A stretch of DNA of 64,000 nucleotides from Spirochaetaceae bacterium (GTDB taxonomy: Bacteria; Spirochaetota; Spirochaetia; DSM-2461), in the NCBI GenBank assembly GCA_051531975.1, contig JAOPTT010000001.1:64001-128000 (forward strand), given 5' to 3'. Below the pieces are notes generated by a model. The model worked only from the letters and a program-made list of their open reading frames with translations, did no database searches and was not told where the DNA came from. Every line of letters begins with the position of its first letter. The first letter of the stretch is position 1. Both the position numbers and the translations under genes were made by a program. This document shows, one piece after another, positions 1-10,629 of this stretch.

Positions 1-406
1 TACCAACGATCATATAAGTATACTCTATCTCACCTTTAACTAATTCCGATTTTAATAGGTCAGTAATTAAAGATTCAACATCCACATCATCATCTTCATC
101 TGCATCTTCGTCTGTATCATCATAGTCATAGTCATCTAAAACACTATCCATATCATCAAGAACATCTGAAGATACATTTCTAAGATCTATACCTGCAGCT
201 AAATATTCTGCAGAGACTGGGTAATCAGCATGACCTGTAAATACTGATATAATACTATCGCTTGGGTAAACTTGTTTCTCTCCAACAGTTTCATAACTTA
301 TTCGACTCTCTGTAGTTCTAATAGATCTTGTTAAATCCTCTGATGTACTATTTGCAAAAAGTCCTACTGACATAACTGCTAACATTGTTAAAATAATTCG
401 TTTCAT
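1..406 (-). CDS. Secreted hypothetical protein with a highly acidic tract (3' end runs off the window)
   Basis: Not in the ORF track. Translated by hand from ATG at 406 with AGGAG at 413-417: MKRIILTMLAVMSVGLFANSTSE…LDDYDYDDTDEDADEDDDVDVE…, open to position 1. Confidence 0.8.
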   Translation of the reverse strand, partial: MKRIILTMLAVMSVGLFANSTSEDLTRSIRTTESRISYETVGEKQVYPSDSIISVFTGHADYPVSAEYLAAGIDLRNVSSDVLDDMDSVLDDYDYDDTDEDADEDDDVDVESLITDLLKSELVKGEIEYTYMIVG

Positions 407-480
407 ATAACGCTCCTAATAATTCTGTGGTTATTTCCTAACCATCGAATATAAGTTACTCCGAAATATAATTTCATGGG

Positions 481-559
481 TTAAGTCTTGTTTAAATGAA
501 ATATAAAGGTAAGTTAAATGTTTTTGGATAAATTTAACCTCGATTTAAACTTGTTTATA
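481..559. promoter_or_regulatory. 11-bp-phased TTAAR repeats, candidate OmpR/PhoB-family boxes in the divergent promoter
   Basis: TTAAG/TTAAA/ATAAA/TTAAA at 481, 492, 503, 514; opposite-orientation TTTAA/TTTAA/TTATA at 533, 544, 555. Confidence 0.5.
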
Positions 560-593
560 TTGAAAATAGTTTAATAATAAACACAATTAAATA

Positions 594-2204
594 ATGAGAC
601 TAAATCTACAACGATATATTATATATGTTGCACTATTAACAGTAACTATTTTATTCATAGCGCTATATATATATGTAAACAGAGACATAGAAGAGAACAA
701 AATAAAATCTGGGAGGCTTTTAATAAATACAGTCTTATACGAGATAAAAGATATACAAGGGGAAATAATGAACTCTTTTGAAGAGTTTTTAGATTCTAGT
801 AGAGATTATACTGAAACAAACAGTGACATTGAGTTCGAAACATTATATAAACAGTATAATTCTATGATAAATAACAGCGTTTTAAAACAAATAGTTAATT
901 CTATTAGTTATGTAGAAATTGGTGAAGAGATAAAATATCGTAGTATTTTCCAAGGTGACTTAAAGTTTAACTTTCCACAAGATATGGAATTGTCGTTAAG
1001 AAACCTAAGAAGACATAGAGAACAATTATTTATAGAAAACTATATTGGAACATTCATTTTCCCCTTAACTCCTACTGAAAACAATGAATATAAAGCAATT
1101 TTAATTACGATGTCATATGAGCAACTGATTAAAGATAACCTATTAACACAAGTAAATAAAAATATATTACCTGATTTTATTGTGGAGCTAAAAAGAGGTC
1201 GTAATATTAAGTCTGATGATTTAATAAAATATGATCAAGTTTTTAATCTTAATAAAATTTTTAACTTAGAAAAGAGAGATGACTATTATAGAAGGGTTCA
1301 AGGTATTTTTAAAGAAGATTCACTAACAATAACAGAGCAAGATCTCTACCTTCTATGCAGCCACAGATCAGGGAGTATTGAAAAATATTATAATAACAAA
1401 AAAGTTTTATATATTATTGGTATAGGTATTTTATATGTAACGATTATATTTTCATTATTATATATTTATCTTTATGGGATTAATTTAAAACGTAATATAG
1501 ATAGAGAGAAAGAATTTACAGCACTTATTTCCCACGAATTAAAGACCCCTCTAAGTGTTATAAAGTTAGGTTCAGACAATATAAAAAGTGGAGTAATTAA
1601 TGATCCTGATGGTATTAAATATTATGGAAAACTTATTAGTGATGAGTCTGTAAAGTTAAGTAAAATGATTGATAACATTTTAAATATTTCCACAAATAAT
1701 TGGAATAATAAAGATGTAATTATGACTTATATAAATATAGAAGACGTTCTAAACAAAACAATTGTTAATCTTAGGCCAGTTATAGAAAGCAGTAAAACGA
1801 ATATAATTATAAACAATTATTTAAAGGATGATTCACTATATTGCCATTCAGAATCAATAATGTCATGCCTGCAAAATATAATTGATAATGGTATAAAATA
1901 TGGAGTAAAGAGATCTGAAAACAAAGACCTTTTTATTACAGTAAAAGATACAAAAAAAGGGAAACAAAAGGGTATTTCGTTTATTATTCAGGATTTTGGA
2001 CCTGGAATTAAGTCAAATGAATGGGGTGATATATTTAAGAATTATCGTCGCGGGAAAAGTGTAATTAAGGAACAAATCCCTGGTTCTGGACTTGGATTAG
2101 CTATAACCAAAAGGGTAATAGAAAAGTTTAATGGATCGATACATTTTCATAAAACATTAAAAAAAGGTGCAACCTTTGAATTATGGATACCAGAGAGAAA
2201 GTGA
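594..2204 (+). CDS. Membrane sensor histidine kinase (two TM, HisKA, HATPase)
   Basis: H-box ISHELKTPL, N-box NIIDNGIKY, DFGPGI and GSGLGLAI motifs; two hydrophobic segments. Confidence 0.95.
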   Translation: MRLNLQRYIIYVALLTVTILFIALYIYVNRDIEENKIKSGRLLINTVLYEIKDIQGEIMNSFEEFLDSSRDYTETNSDIEFETLYKQYNSMINNSVLKQIVNSISYVEIGEEIKYRSIFQGDLKFNFPQDMELSLRNLRRHREQLFIENYIGTFIFPLTPTENNEYKAILITMSYEQLIKDNLLTQVNKNILPDFIVELKRGRNIKSDDLIKYDQVFNLNKIFNLEKRDDYYRRVQGIFKEDSLTITEQDLYLLCSHRSGSIEKYYNNKKVLYIIGIGILYVTIIFSLLYIYLYGINLKRNIDREKEFTALISHELKTPLSVIKLGSDNIKSGVINDPDGIKYYGKLISDESVKLSKMIDNILNISTNNWNNKDVIMTYINIEDVLNKTIVNLRPVIESSKTNIIINNYLKDDSLYCHSESIMSCLQNIIDNGIKYGVKRSENKDLFITVKDTKKGKQKGISFIIQDFGPGIKSNEWGDIFKNYRRGKSVIKEQIPGSGLGLAITKRVIEKFNGSIHFHKTLKKGATFELWIPERK

Positions 2205-2896
2205 TGAAAAAAGTTTTAATGATAGAAGATGATAAAGGTATTAGTAGAGTTGTTGGTGACAGATTAAAAGCTGAAGGATATGATTTTTATCCTGTTTATA
2301 CAGGGAATGCTGGAATGGAGAAAGTTCTAACAGAAGAGTTCGATATTCTGCTGGTTGATCTTATGTTACCTGGTGTTAGTGGGTTTGATGTAATAAGAGA
2401 GATAAGGTCCAGAGGTAATCATACACCAATAATTATAACTAGTGCTAAGTTTCAAATGAGTGATAAAGTCTCGGGTCTTAGGTTAGGTGCAGATGATTAC
2501 ATTGTAAAACCTTTTGAATTTGATGAACTACTAGCTAGAATTGAAGCCCAAATTAGACGTAAAAGCTACAATGAATTACAAACTGATATTGTAGAAGAAA
2601 AAAATATATCTTTTGATGATTTTGTCATAGATTTTAAAAATTGTAATCTACAAAAAAATGGTACCCAGATACCACTTTCAAAAATAGAATATAAGTTATT
2701 ATCATACCTGACTTTAAATCCAGATAGGGTTATATCAATGGATGAGCTCATTGAAAAGGTTTGGGGATATGAGACTGTAGTATCAACAAGAACAGTTTAT
2801 GTACACATAGCTTGGCTTAGAAAAAAATTGAAAAGTGATAGAGTAATAAATAGGATCAGGACTGTTAGAGGAATAGGTTATCAGTTTATCTTGTAA
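2204..2896 (+). CDS. OmpR-family response regulator
   Basis: REC domain (IEDD, DLMLP, GADDYIVKPF) plus winged helix (TVRGIGY). ATG at 2204 overlaps the kinase stop (TGATG) and is preferred to 2183. Confidence 0.95.
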   Translation: MKKVLMIEDDKGISRVVGDRLKAEGYDFYPVYTGNAGMEKVLTEEFDILLVDLMLPGVSGFDVIREIRSRGNHTPIIITSAKFQMSDKVSGLRLGADDYIVKPFEFDELLARIEAQIRRKSYNELQTDIVEEKNISFDDFVIDFKNCNLQKNGTQIPLSKIEYKLLSYLTLNPDRVISMDELIEKVWGYETVVSTRTVYVHIAWLRKKLKSDRVINRIRTVRGIGYQFIL

Positions 2897-2911
2897 TTAC
2901 TAGTTATATAA

Positions 2912-5900
2912 TTATTCTAATTCAGATATCAATAATTCAATTATTTTTGATGCATCCTTCATTTTATATCGACCTAATAACTTTTGAACTTCTATTATTT
3001 TTGTTCCTGTAATTTCTGGTAGTTCAAATAATAAAATTGAGTCTAAAAGATCTATAGCTGGTTTAGGTTTTCTTTCATTTAGATGCTGAACAGCCTCTCT
3101 AAGTTTTAAGATTAAGAATCCAGTGTTTATTGGTTCCTTCAAAATTATATCTGATGAATCGTTATCAATTTCTAGATTCTTATTAATTGCACTAATAAGA
3201 CTATTTATTTCATCTTTAGCCAACAGTAGATTACTTGAAAGGTCATCACCATTATTAATATCTATCTCAATATTGGCCATTAGTTTTTGTAATTTATTAG
3301 CCCCAAGATTTGCTGATATGCCTTTAACGGTATGGGCTTCCCTAATAGCTTCCTCAATTTTGTTGTTTCCACATAGAGTAGTAATTTTTTCCGTTACATC
3401 TGAATATTCATCGGCAAACTGTCTTAGTAGTTTTTTATATAATTTCTGATTATTCCCAAGCCTAAGCAAACCAGAACTGGTGTCTATTCCTTCTATTTGA
3501 GGAAATTCTATATTTTCAGAGGATTTTTCTCTGGTTTTAAATCCTGAAGGTAATTCTCTATCTCCAGGTTTGATCCAGGAACTAAGTGCTTGCCAAAGTT
3601 GATCTAGGTTTATTGGTTTTGTTACATAGTCGTTCATGCCTGCTTTTTTTACTTTATCTTCGACACCAGTCATTGCATCAGCTGTCATTGCTATAATAGG
3701 TATGTCATTTTTATTTAGTTCTGTTCTTATTCTTTCTGTAGCTTCAAAACCATTCATATTTGGCATCTGTAAGTCCATAAAAATAAGGTCATAATCTTTC
3801 TTTTGAACCATATCGCAAGCTATTTTACCATCATCGGCAATATCAATAACAAAACCTTCTGATTCAAGTAATTCGACTGCTACCTGCTGATTTATTTTAT
3901 TATCTTCTGCAAGAAGAATAGTAGCACCTCTAATTGAGTTTAAAAGTTCAGATGGTATAACATTGATTTTTTTCTTATCAATATTTGATTCATCAACAAC
4001 TGCACATTTTAAAGTGAAATAAAATGTACTACCAACTCCAAGTTCACCTTTTACTCCAACAACTCCACCCATTAATTCAGCTAGTCGTTTAGAAATTGAA
4101 AGCCCTAAACCAGTACCTCCATATTTTCTTGATGTGGAAGTATCAGCTTGAGTAAATGCTTTAAAAAGTTTTTTCTGTTGATCATCAGATAGACCTAAAC
4201 CTGTATCAGAAACACTAAACTTTAATTCAGCAACGTTGTCTTCCATACTAATAAGATTACAAGAGATTGAGATGTCTCCTTCGTCAGTAAACTTTAGTGC
4301 ATTACTAACAAAATTAATAAGAATCTGACCAATTCTTAATGGATCTCCATTTACATAGAGTGGAATATTTTTATCTTTTTCAATTCTTAAATTTAATCCT
4401 TTTGCGCGAACTTTATCACTTACTAAATTGAGTAAATTATCAAATATACTCTCTATTTCAAAGTCTATTTTCTCTATATCCATTTTTCCAGCTTCTATTT
4501 TAGAAAAATCAAGAATATCATTTATAATTCCTAGTAAGCCAGTTGCAGAATGACTAACTTTATCTACATAGTCGGTCTGCTTTTTATTTAATTCAGTTTT
4601 TGTAAGAAGATGATTCAAACCAATTATAGCATTCATTGGTGTCCTAATCTCATGGCTCATATTTGCAAGAAAATCACCCTTTGCTTTTGTTGCAGACTCT
4701 GCTTCTTCTTTTGCAATATGTAACTCTTCGAAGAGTCTAACATTTTTAATTGCAACACCTGCTTGAGTAGCAAATGCTCCACCCATTCTTGCATTATCTT
4801 CGTCATAAAACCCTATCTCCTGTTTATCCAGAGTCAATTTACCTATAACTTCATTGTTATATATTAATGGAATACCAAGCCATGATCGAGTTTTACTGTT
4901 TTTTGATAAATTATCAAATTCCGGAAGTTCATGTATATCATGAACAAAAAGTGGCTTCTTTTCTGCATATATTCTCTGGGTTTGAGTCCCTTCATAAAGT
5001 GGAAATCTTAATCCAAGTATGTTATCAGTAGGACTAAAACCTTCTGCATATATTATTTCAAAACCATCATCTTTTAACTCTTGAATAGAAGCACTGTCAT
5101 ATGGAATAACCTGCTTTAGTTTTTTAAGAATAGTACTAAGTAACTCTTCGAGGTCAAATGTATTCCCTAAAGTTAAGGATGTTTCATAAAGTATATTTAC
5201 TTGATTTAGAGCTTTTGTTAATTTTTGTTCAGCAGTTTTACTCTCTGTGATATCCCATGTGACACCTATAAAGCCTATAGGATTTCCTTTTATATCTTTT
5301 TGAACATTTGCCATAGATTGACAATACCTTATATCATTGTTTGGCGATTGTATTCGGAACTCTACATTATATTCCTTTATCCCACTTAATGCCTCTTTTC
5401 CGACTCTATCAATAGTTATTAAGTCGTCTGGGTGTATACGTTGGTTCCACAACTCTTTATTATCGAGACCATTAGGATTATCGCCAAACATTTCTAATGT
5501 TCTTTCATCCCAAATTCTTTCATGAGTCTCTGGATAATACTCCCATACAGCGATTCCTCCAGCATGGGTAGCGAGAGAAAATCGTTCCGACTTTCTTCGA
5601 AGCTCCAGCTCAATTTTTTTGAGTTCTTCCTCACTCTCTTTCTTTTTTGTTATATCCTCTTGAATAGAAATGAAGTGTGTTAGTTCATTATGTTCATTTT
5701 TAATTGATGAAATTAATATAGAGTTCCAAAAAAGATCACTATTCTTTTTTTTATTTAAAACTTCGCCATGCCAATCTTTTCCGTTTAGTATAGAGTCCCA
5801 CATTGATTTAAAAAATGATTTATCATGATAACCTGAATTAAGTATACTTGGATTTTGTCCAATAGCTTCTTCTTTTGAAAACCCAGTTAAGTCTAAAAAC

Positions 5901-8900
5901 TTCTGATTAACATATTCAATATTCCCCAATTTATCAGTAATAATAACAATAGCAGGTCCCTGCTCTATGGCAACATTCAATTTCCTTAAAGTAATTTCTG
6001 TTTTTTCTTTTTGGGTAATCTCTCTTGATAACTCTTTTGTACGTTTAGCAACTACATCTTCTAGGTCATCTTTAGCGCTAAGTAGAACTCTATTTGTACG
6101 ATCGCCTAAAATAAATAGCAATAAAATTGCACCTATTAACAAAAAGATAGTAACTGCCAGAATTATGAATACAGTTGATCGTATAGAATAAAATGAACTC
6201 AGGGCTTCACTTTCATCAATTTCTGAAATTATTCCTAATCCTATATCAGGAGACCAAAGACCAGCTCCATATACAAAAACCCCTCTATAATCCCTATACT
6301 TGGAGGTCAAGGCTACAATATTTGTATGTTTATGTTCTTCATTATAATATTCAGGTTTATCCTTTATATCTAATAACTGTGAAGTAATATTTGTATATGA
6401 AGTATCTAATGTATCTGGTAAAAGTCCTTTTTTATTTTGAAGATTAACACCAGGATCTAAAACAATGATATTTAATGCTGAAGTCTGGGAATCTTTAAGA
6501 AGACCTATTTCAAATAGATCTTTTTCAAAACGACTTTTTGACATTAATATTCCATTCTCATTTATGGCATAGATATCACTTGATTCACGAATTGCAGAAA
6601 ACTGTAATATATCAGAAAATTCATCCGATGGGTCAATTCGTATTGTGTATACTGATATAACTTTACCATCTTCCTGGGTTACAGGACCCATAAAAAACAT
6701 AGTATCAGGATTTTGTTCGTTTTCTGTACCTATAACTTCAAGTAATGATACATCAGATTCAATTGGTGGAACAAAAAGAACCTCTCCCTCAAAAGCTCTT
6801 TTTAACAGATCAGGATTTACTTTCCCAATAATGTTACTTGTTCCTATATTGTTATTTCGTTTTGATCCAATACTAATATTATCAGGATTTATTATAAAAA
6901 ACCCTATATTGGGAAAATCTATCTCTCTATTTTCAAAAAAAGAACGTATATTTTTGAGTGCTAAAGATGAAAGAAGACTTTCGCTTGATGATTCTTCTTT
7001 TAATAACTGTCTTACTAATTCGATAAGTTCTTGATCTCTGCCTAAGTTTTCCAAGTCATCTTTCTTTTGAGAAATCCAAACGTTTAGACGGTTTTCTGCA
7101 TTCTCTAATGAGATTTTAAGATTAGATTGAGTTTCAAGTATAATTTCATTTTTATTTCGTGTTAAAAGTATACTTCCAAATATTAATACTATTGATATAA
7201 TTAAACTGAGGCTTATTAAAATTATTAGTCGTAGTCTATTAGAACTGAAATTTAGTATAATATTCCTATTTTTTGTTTTCTTCAGTATTAACCAAAAACT
7301 TAAAGTTAACAGTATAAATGTTATTATTATCCCGACTATTATATTTGAATAAGAGTTTTCTTCTATTATTAAGTTTTCATTAGAATTAGATTTATTTGCT
7401 TCAGACTGAAGTAACCACTTCTGTTGTATCTTTTGTATCTGCTGGGGAGTAACTACGTCCATTGCTTTTTTTAATGCTGAATGTAATAGAGGATAATCAT
7501 TTCTGATACCAATATTTAAGTTTTGTAATTCAATATCACCAATACCTGAATCCCCAGAAAACCTTAAATTCGTTAACATATTACGATTGATAATGCTGTA
7601 GACCACTGCTGATTCTCCAAAGGCAGCATCTGCTTTTCCAACAGAAACAGCTTTAAGACACTCAAGAATATTTTGAAGCCGTAGTTGTTTAATCTGGGGA
7701 TATTCTTTAGTTAAGATTTCTTGGTAAAAAAAACCTTCTGGTATTGCAACAGTTTTATCATAGAGTTCTTCAATAGAATCAAAGGGATCTTCTTTAGTAC
7801 TAACAATAACATTAGGGTTTTTTGCATATGGTTCTGTAAACAAAATATATTTTTGTCTATCTTCTGTCTTTACAATATTTAACATTACATCAAGTTCTTT
7901 ATTTTTAATCATATTTAGGAATGTATTCCAACTTGGTCCCGATTTATATTCGACCTTAATACCTAGAATTTCAGATAGTAGATTCATATAATCAATAGAG
8001 AAACCTTTAGGTTCTCCATTTTCATAAAAGTTATATGGTGGCCAATCCTGCTCATTATGTACACCAATAGTAGAATGTTCTCTTAAAAACTGCTTCTCTT
8101 CAATACTTAGGGAAACACTATTATTGTTTTTATATCCAAGCCATTTAGTTCTAATTTTACTTAATTCAAATTCAGAGATAGATTTCATACCCTTATCTAA
8201 TATTCTTCTAAAAATGTCCCAATCTTTTCTTACACCGATATGAGTTGCTATAGGATCATCTTCTCCTACTCCTAATGTTCCTTTTGCATGTAAATTTGTA
8301 ATTAGCAGTTGATCTAAAAAGTAGTTAACAACAGGCATTAAATCCAACATTGCATCTGCGGTTCCATTTGAAACAGCAAGAAGAGCCTCTTTTGTATCTA
8401 ATACTCTAATTAGTTCTACTTGTGGGTGATCCTTAAAATATTCTTCAAAGAAAAATCCTTTTGGTACTGCAAACTTTTTCCCATATAACTCTTCTACACT
8501 ATTTATAATTGGATAATCTTTACGAGTATATAAACCAGGAGCAAATTCAAAATAAGGTTCCGTAAAATTTACAAACTTTGATCTCTCTTCCGAATATGCA
8601 ATATTTAAAATCAGATCAAGCTCTCTGTTTTGAATCTGATTTATGAAATCATTCCATGAAAAACCATTTATAAATTCTATTTCAAATCCTATTTTATCTG
8701 CAAGTAGAAGAATGTAGTCGATTGAAAATCCCTGGGGTATATCATTTTTATTAAAATTAAATGGTGTCCAATCCATCTCGTTTGAAACTTTTATTTTAGT
8801 GTGCTCTTTTAACCAATTTTCTTCTTCAAGAGTTAAATTAATAGGTTCACAAACTAGGTTTGTTAATAGATATAAAAACAAAACTATAAAAAACAATACT

Positions 8901-8908
8901 TTTTTCAA
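2912..8908 (-). CDS. Hybrid histidine kinase: two family-3 PBP domains, Cache-like domain, two PAS, GAF, HisKA, HATPase, REC, HPt
   Basis: Two repeats of 'W.P.NF…PxGFSIDY'; FLANMSHEIRTPMN; YGGTGLGLSIS; MDLQMP; AHTVKG. TTG start with GGAG upstream. Confidence 0.92.
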   Translation of the reverse strand: MKKVLFFIVLFLYLLTNLVCEPINLTLEEENWLKEHTKIKVSNEMDWTPFNFNKNDIPQGFSIDYILLLADKIGFEIEFINGFSWNDFINQIQNRELDLILNIAYSEERSKFVNFTEPYFEFAPGLYTRKDYPIINSVEELYGKKFAVPKGFFFEEYFKDHPQVELIRVLDTKEALLAVSNGTADAMLDLMPVVNYFLDQLLITNLHAKGTLGVGEDDPIATHIGVRKDWDIFRRILDKGMKSISEFELSKIRTKWLGYKNNNSVSLSIEEKQFLREHSTIGVHNEQDWPPYNFYENGEPKGFSIDYMNLLSEILGIKVEYKSGPSWNTFLNMIKNKELDVMLNIVKTEDRQKYILFTEPYAKNPNVIVSTKEDPFDSIEELYDKTVAIPEGFFYQEILTKEYPQIKQLRLQNILECLKAVSVGKADAAFGESAVVYSIINRNMLTNLRFSGDSGIGDIELQNLNIGIRNDYPLLHSALKKAMDVVTPQQIQKIQQKWLLQSEANKSNSNENLIIEENSYSNIIVGIIITFILLTLSFWLILKKTKNRNIILNFSSNRLRLIILISLSLIISIVLIFGSILLTRNKNEIILETQSNLKISLENAENRLNVWISQKKDDLENLGRDQELIELVRQLLKEESSSESLLSSLALKNIRSFFENREIDFPNIGFFIINPDNISIGSKRNNNIGTSNIIGKVNPDLLKRAFEGEVLFVPPIESDVSLLEVIGTENEQNPDTMFFMGPVTQEDGKVISVYTIRIDPSDEFSDILQFSAIRESSDIYAINENGILMSKSRFEKDLFEIGLLKDSQTSALNIIVLDPGVNLQNKKGLLPDTLDTSYTNITSQLLDIKDKPEYYNEEHKHTNIVALTSKYRDYRGVFVYGAGLWSPDIGLGIISEIDESEALSSFYSIRSTVFIILAVTIFLLIGAILLLFILGDRTNRVLLSAKDDLEDVVAKRTKELSREITQKEKTEITLRKLNVAIEQGPAIVIITDKLGNIEYVNQKFLDLTGFSKEEAIGQNPSILNSGYHDKSFFKSMWDSILNGKDWHGEVLNKKKNSDLFWNSILISSIKNEHNELTHFISIQEDITKKKESEEELKKIELELRRKSERFSLATHAGGIAVWEYYPETHERIWDERTLEMFGDNPNGLDNKELWNQRIHPDDLITIDRVGKEALSGIKEYNVEFRIQSPNNDIRYCQSMANVQKDIKGNPIGFIGVTWDITESKTAEQKLTKALNQVNILYETSLTLGNTFDLEELLSTILKKLKQVIPYDSASIQELKDDGFEIIYAEGFSPTDNILGLRFPLYEGTQTQRIYAEKKPLFVHDIHELPEFDNLSKNSKTRSWLGIPLIYNNEVIGKLTLDKQEIGFYDEDNARMGGAFATQAGVAIKNVRLFEELHIAKEEAESATKAKGDFLANMSHEIRTPMNAIIGLNHLLTKTELNKKQTDYVDKVSHSATGLLGIINDILDFSKIEAGKMDIEKIDFEIESIFDNLLNLVSDKVRAKGLNLRIEKDKNIPLYVNGDPLRIGQILINFVSNALKFTDEGDISISCNLISMEDNVAELKFSVSDTGLGLSDDQQKKLFKAFTQADTSTSRKYGGTGLGLSISKRLAELMGGVVGVKGELGVGSTFYFTLKCAVVDESNIDKKKINVIPSELLNSIRGATILLAEDNKINQQVAVELLESEGFVIDIADDGKIACDMVQKKDYDLIFMDLQMPNMNGFEATERIRTELNKNDIPIIAMTADAMTGVEDKVKKAGMNDYVTKPINLDQLWQALSSWIKPGDRELPSGFKTREKSSENIEFPQIEGIDTSSGLLRLGNNQKLYKKLLRQFADEYSDVTEKITTLCGNNKIEEAIREAHTVKGISANLGANKLQKLMANIEIDINNGDDLSSNLLLAKDEINSLISAINKNLEIDNDSSDIILKEPINTGFLILKLREAVQHLNERKPKPAIDLLDSILLFELPEITGTKIIEVQKLLGRYKMKDASKIIELLISELE

Positions 8909-8956
8909 TCATATACTCCAAACTATTACCTTAAAAACTTTAATGTTTCATTATAA

Positions 8957-8985
8957 ATGATAGTTAGTGTTAATATTGCTGTCAA
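8957..8985 (-). promoter_or_regulatory. Sigma70-type promoter of the hybrid kinase
   Basis: Minus strand TTGACA-N17-TATCAT. Confidence 0.7.
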
Positions 8986-9066
8986 TTAAATTTAGTTTTT
9001 ATAAGAACTCTTACTAATATATAATGCTGATATTAGACCTCATTTAACTTATTATTTTATATGTTG

Positions 9067-10539
9067 TCATTTTACAAACATTGTTGAGGCATCAATCTGG
9101 CCAGATGGGCTCTCCCATTTACCAAAAAACTTACTCAAACAGTCCTGCTCAGGATCATTATATTTTATAGAGTTGGCTAATATTCTCTCTCTTAATTCTC
9201 TAACCTTATCTTCATGAACTTTATCGTTTATCAGGTTTTTCATTTCCCAAGGATCATCATTTAAATTATATACTTCATCATAATCACCTGGTGTAAAAAT
9301 ATACTTCCAGTTATCATCTGTTACTATAAATCTTTGGGTACATAGATATCTTAGACCATGGAACTCCATAAACATCTCTTTTCTAGAATTCTCTGGTTTT
9401 TCACCCTTTAAATATGGGAGCATACTTATTCCATCTAGGGATTTTATATCCTCACCTAAGTAATCTAATATTGTTGGCATTATATCCATATTCGATACAA
9501 GTTCAGTACATTCTATACCAGATTTAAATACTCCAGGCCATGAAACTATCTGAGGTATATGGTGTACTTCTTCATAAGGCAGACCTTTATCAAGTAGTCC
9601 TCCATGGCCACCAGTCATATCTCCATGATCAGTTGAAAATATTATAATTGTATCCTCTGAAAGCCCTGACTCTTCTAAATAATCAAGTAAACGTCCTATT
9701 TCAAAGTCTAACATCTCTGTAAAATCATAATATGAAGCTACAATTTCACTGTTTTCTTCCCAGGTAACAGGGTGTTTTCTATAGAAGTCATCCCGTTCCC
9801 TTTTAACACGGTTTGGTTTTTCAGATAAATTATCATTAAAGTTCCCCCACTCTTCCATATCCTCTTTTTTATGTCTTCCTGCAAATTCAGTACAGGGTAG
9901 ATGGGGACCATGTGGAGCCCAATATTGGCAGTTCATCATAAAAGGTTGATCCCTTTCTGCAAACTCTTTAATTTGATCAATTGTAAAATTTGTAAGATAG
10001 TGGGTTGGTGTAGATTCTATAGGGCCATTCCAAACTCCTGTTGCTAACCCTTTGTTTTCATGGTTAAAGTGATAACCTTCAGTGATTGTATATGAAAGAC
10101 TGTTTACAGAAAGGTAATCTTTGAATCCTTTAAAATCTTTTGGATTCCCATATCCAGGAATATTCATACCTTCAAAACCAAAGTCAGCAGGACCTGTTTT
10201 AGTTCCAACATGCCACTTCCCAGAAAATCCACAACTATAACCTTTGTCTAATAGATTGTAATGAAGTAGTGTCTCAGGATTATCTAACTCTTTTGAAAGA
10301 GCATGATACATATCACAATTTGTACCCATCCCATGGTTAAAAGCGTACATTCCGGTGAACATAGTCGCTCTAGCTGGGCTACAAAGGGAACATGTGGTAT
10401 AAGCTCTTTTAAAATTAACACCTGATTTAGCTATTCTATCTATATTTGGGGTATTACAAACTTTGTTTCCATTTGTCGAAAGGGTATCATATCTAAACTG
10501 ATCTGTGCCTATCCATAATATATTGGGTTTTTTATTCAT
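9067..10539 (-). CDS. Formylglycine-dependent (S1) sulfatase, cytoplasmic
   Basis: KPNILWIGTDQ, CSPAR (CxPxR), GKWH, STDHG; no signal peptide. Confidence 0.93.
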   Translation of the reverse strand: MNKKPNILWIGTDQFRYDTLSTNGNKVCNTPNIDRIAKSGVNFKRAYTTCSLCSPARATMFTGMYAFNHGMGTNCDMYHALSKELDNPETLLHYNLLDKGYSCGFSGKWHVGTKTGPADFGFEGMNIPGYGNPKDFKGFKDYLSVNSLSYTITEGYHFNHENKGLATGVWNGPIESTPTHYLTNFTIDQIKEFAERDQPFMMNCQYWAPHGPHLPCTEFAGRHKKEDMEEWGNFNDNLSEKPNRVKRERDDFYRKHPVTWEENSEIVASYYDFTEMLDFEIGRLLDYLEESGLSEDTIIIFSTDHGDMTGGHGGLLDKGLPYEEVHHIPQIVSWPGVFKSGIECTELVSNMDIMPTILDYLGEDIKSLDGISMLPYLKGEKPENSRKEMFMEFHGLRYLCTQRFIVTDDNWKYIFTPGDYDEVYNLNDDPWEMKNLINDKVHEDKVRELRERILANSIKYNDPEQDCLSKFFGKWESPSGQIDASTMFVK

Positions 10540-10571
10540 TATAAAAGTCCTCTAAATTGTTTCATATAGGA

Positions 10572-10622
10572 AATATAACATAGAAAACACTATTCGTAAA
10601 CAAAGATATTCAAATGTATACA
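10572..10622 (-). promoter_or_regulatory. Sulfatase promoter with three 10-bp-phased TGTATA-like boxes
   Basis: Minus strand TGTATACATT-TGAATATCTT-TGTTTACGAA (10622-10593) overlapping TTTACG-N17-TATATT, with an extended -10 TG. Confidence 0.6.
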
Positions 10623-10629
10623 ATCAATA

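Noticed and set aside
80..175. TCA/TCT-rich low-complexity repeats
   Set aside because: Explained by Asp/Glu codons of the minus-strand protein; not a DNA repeat element.
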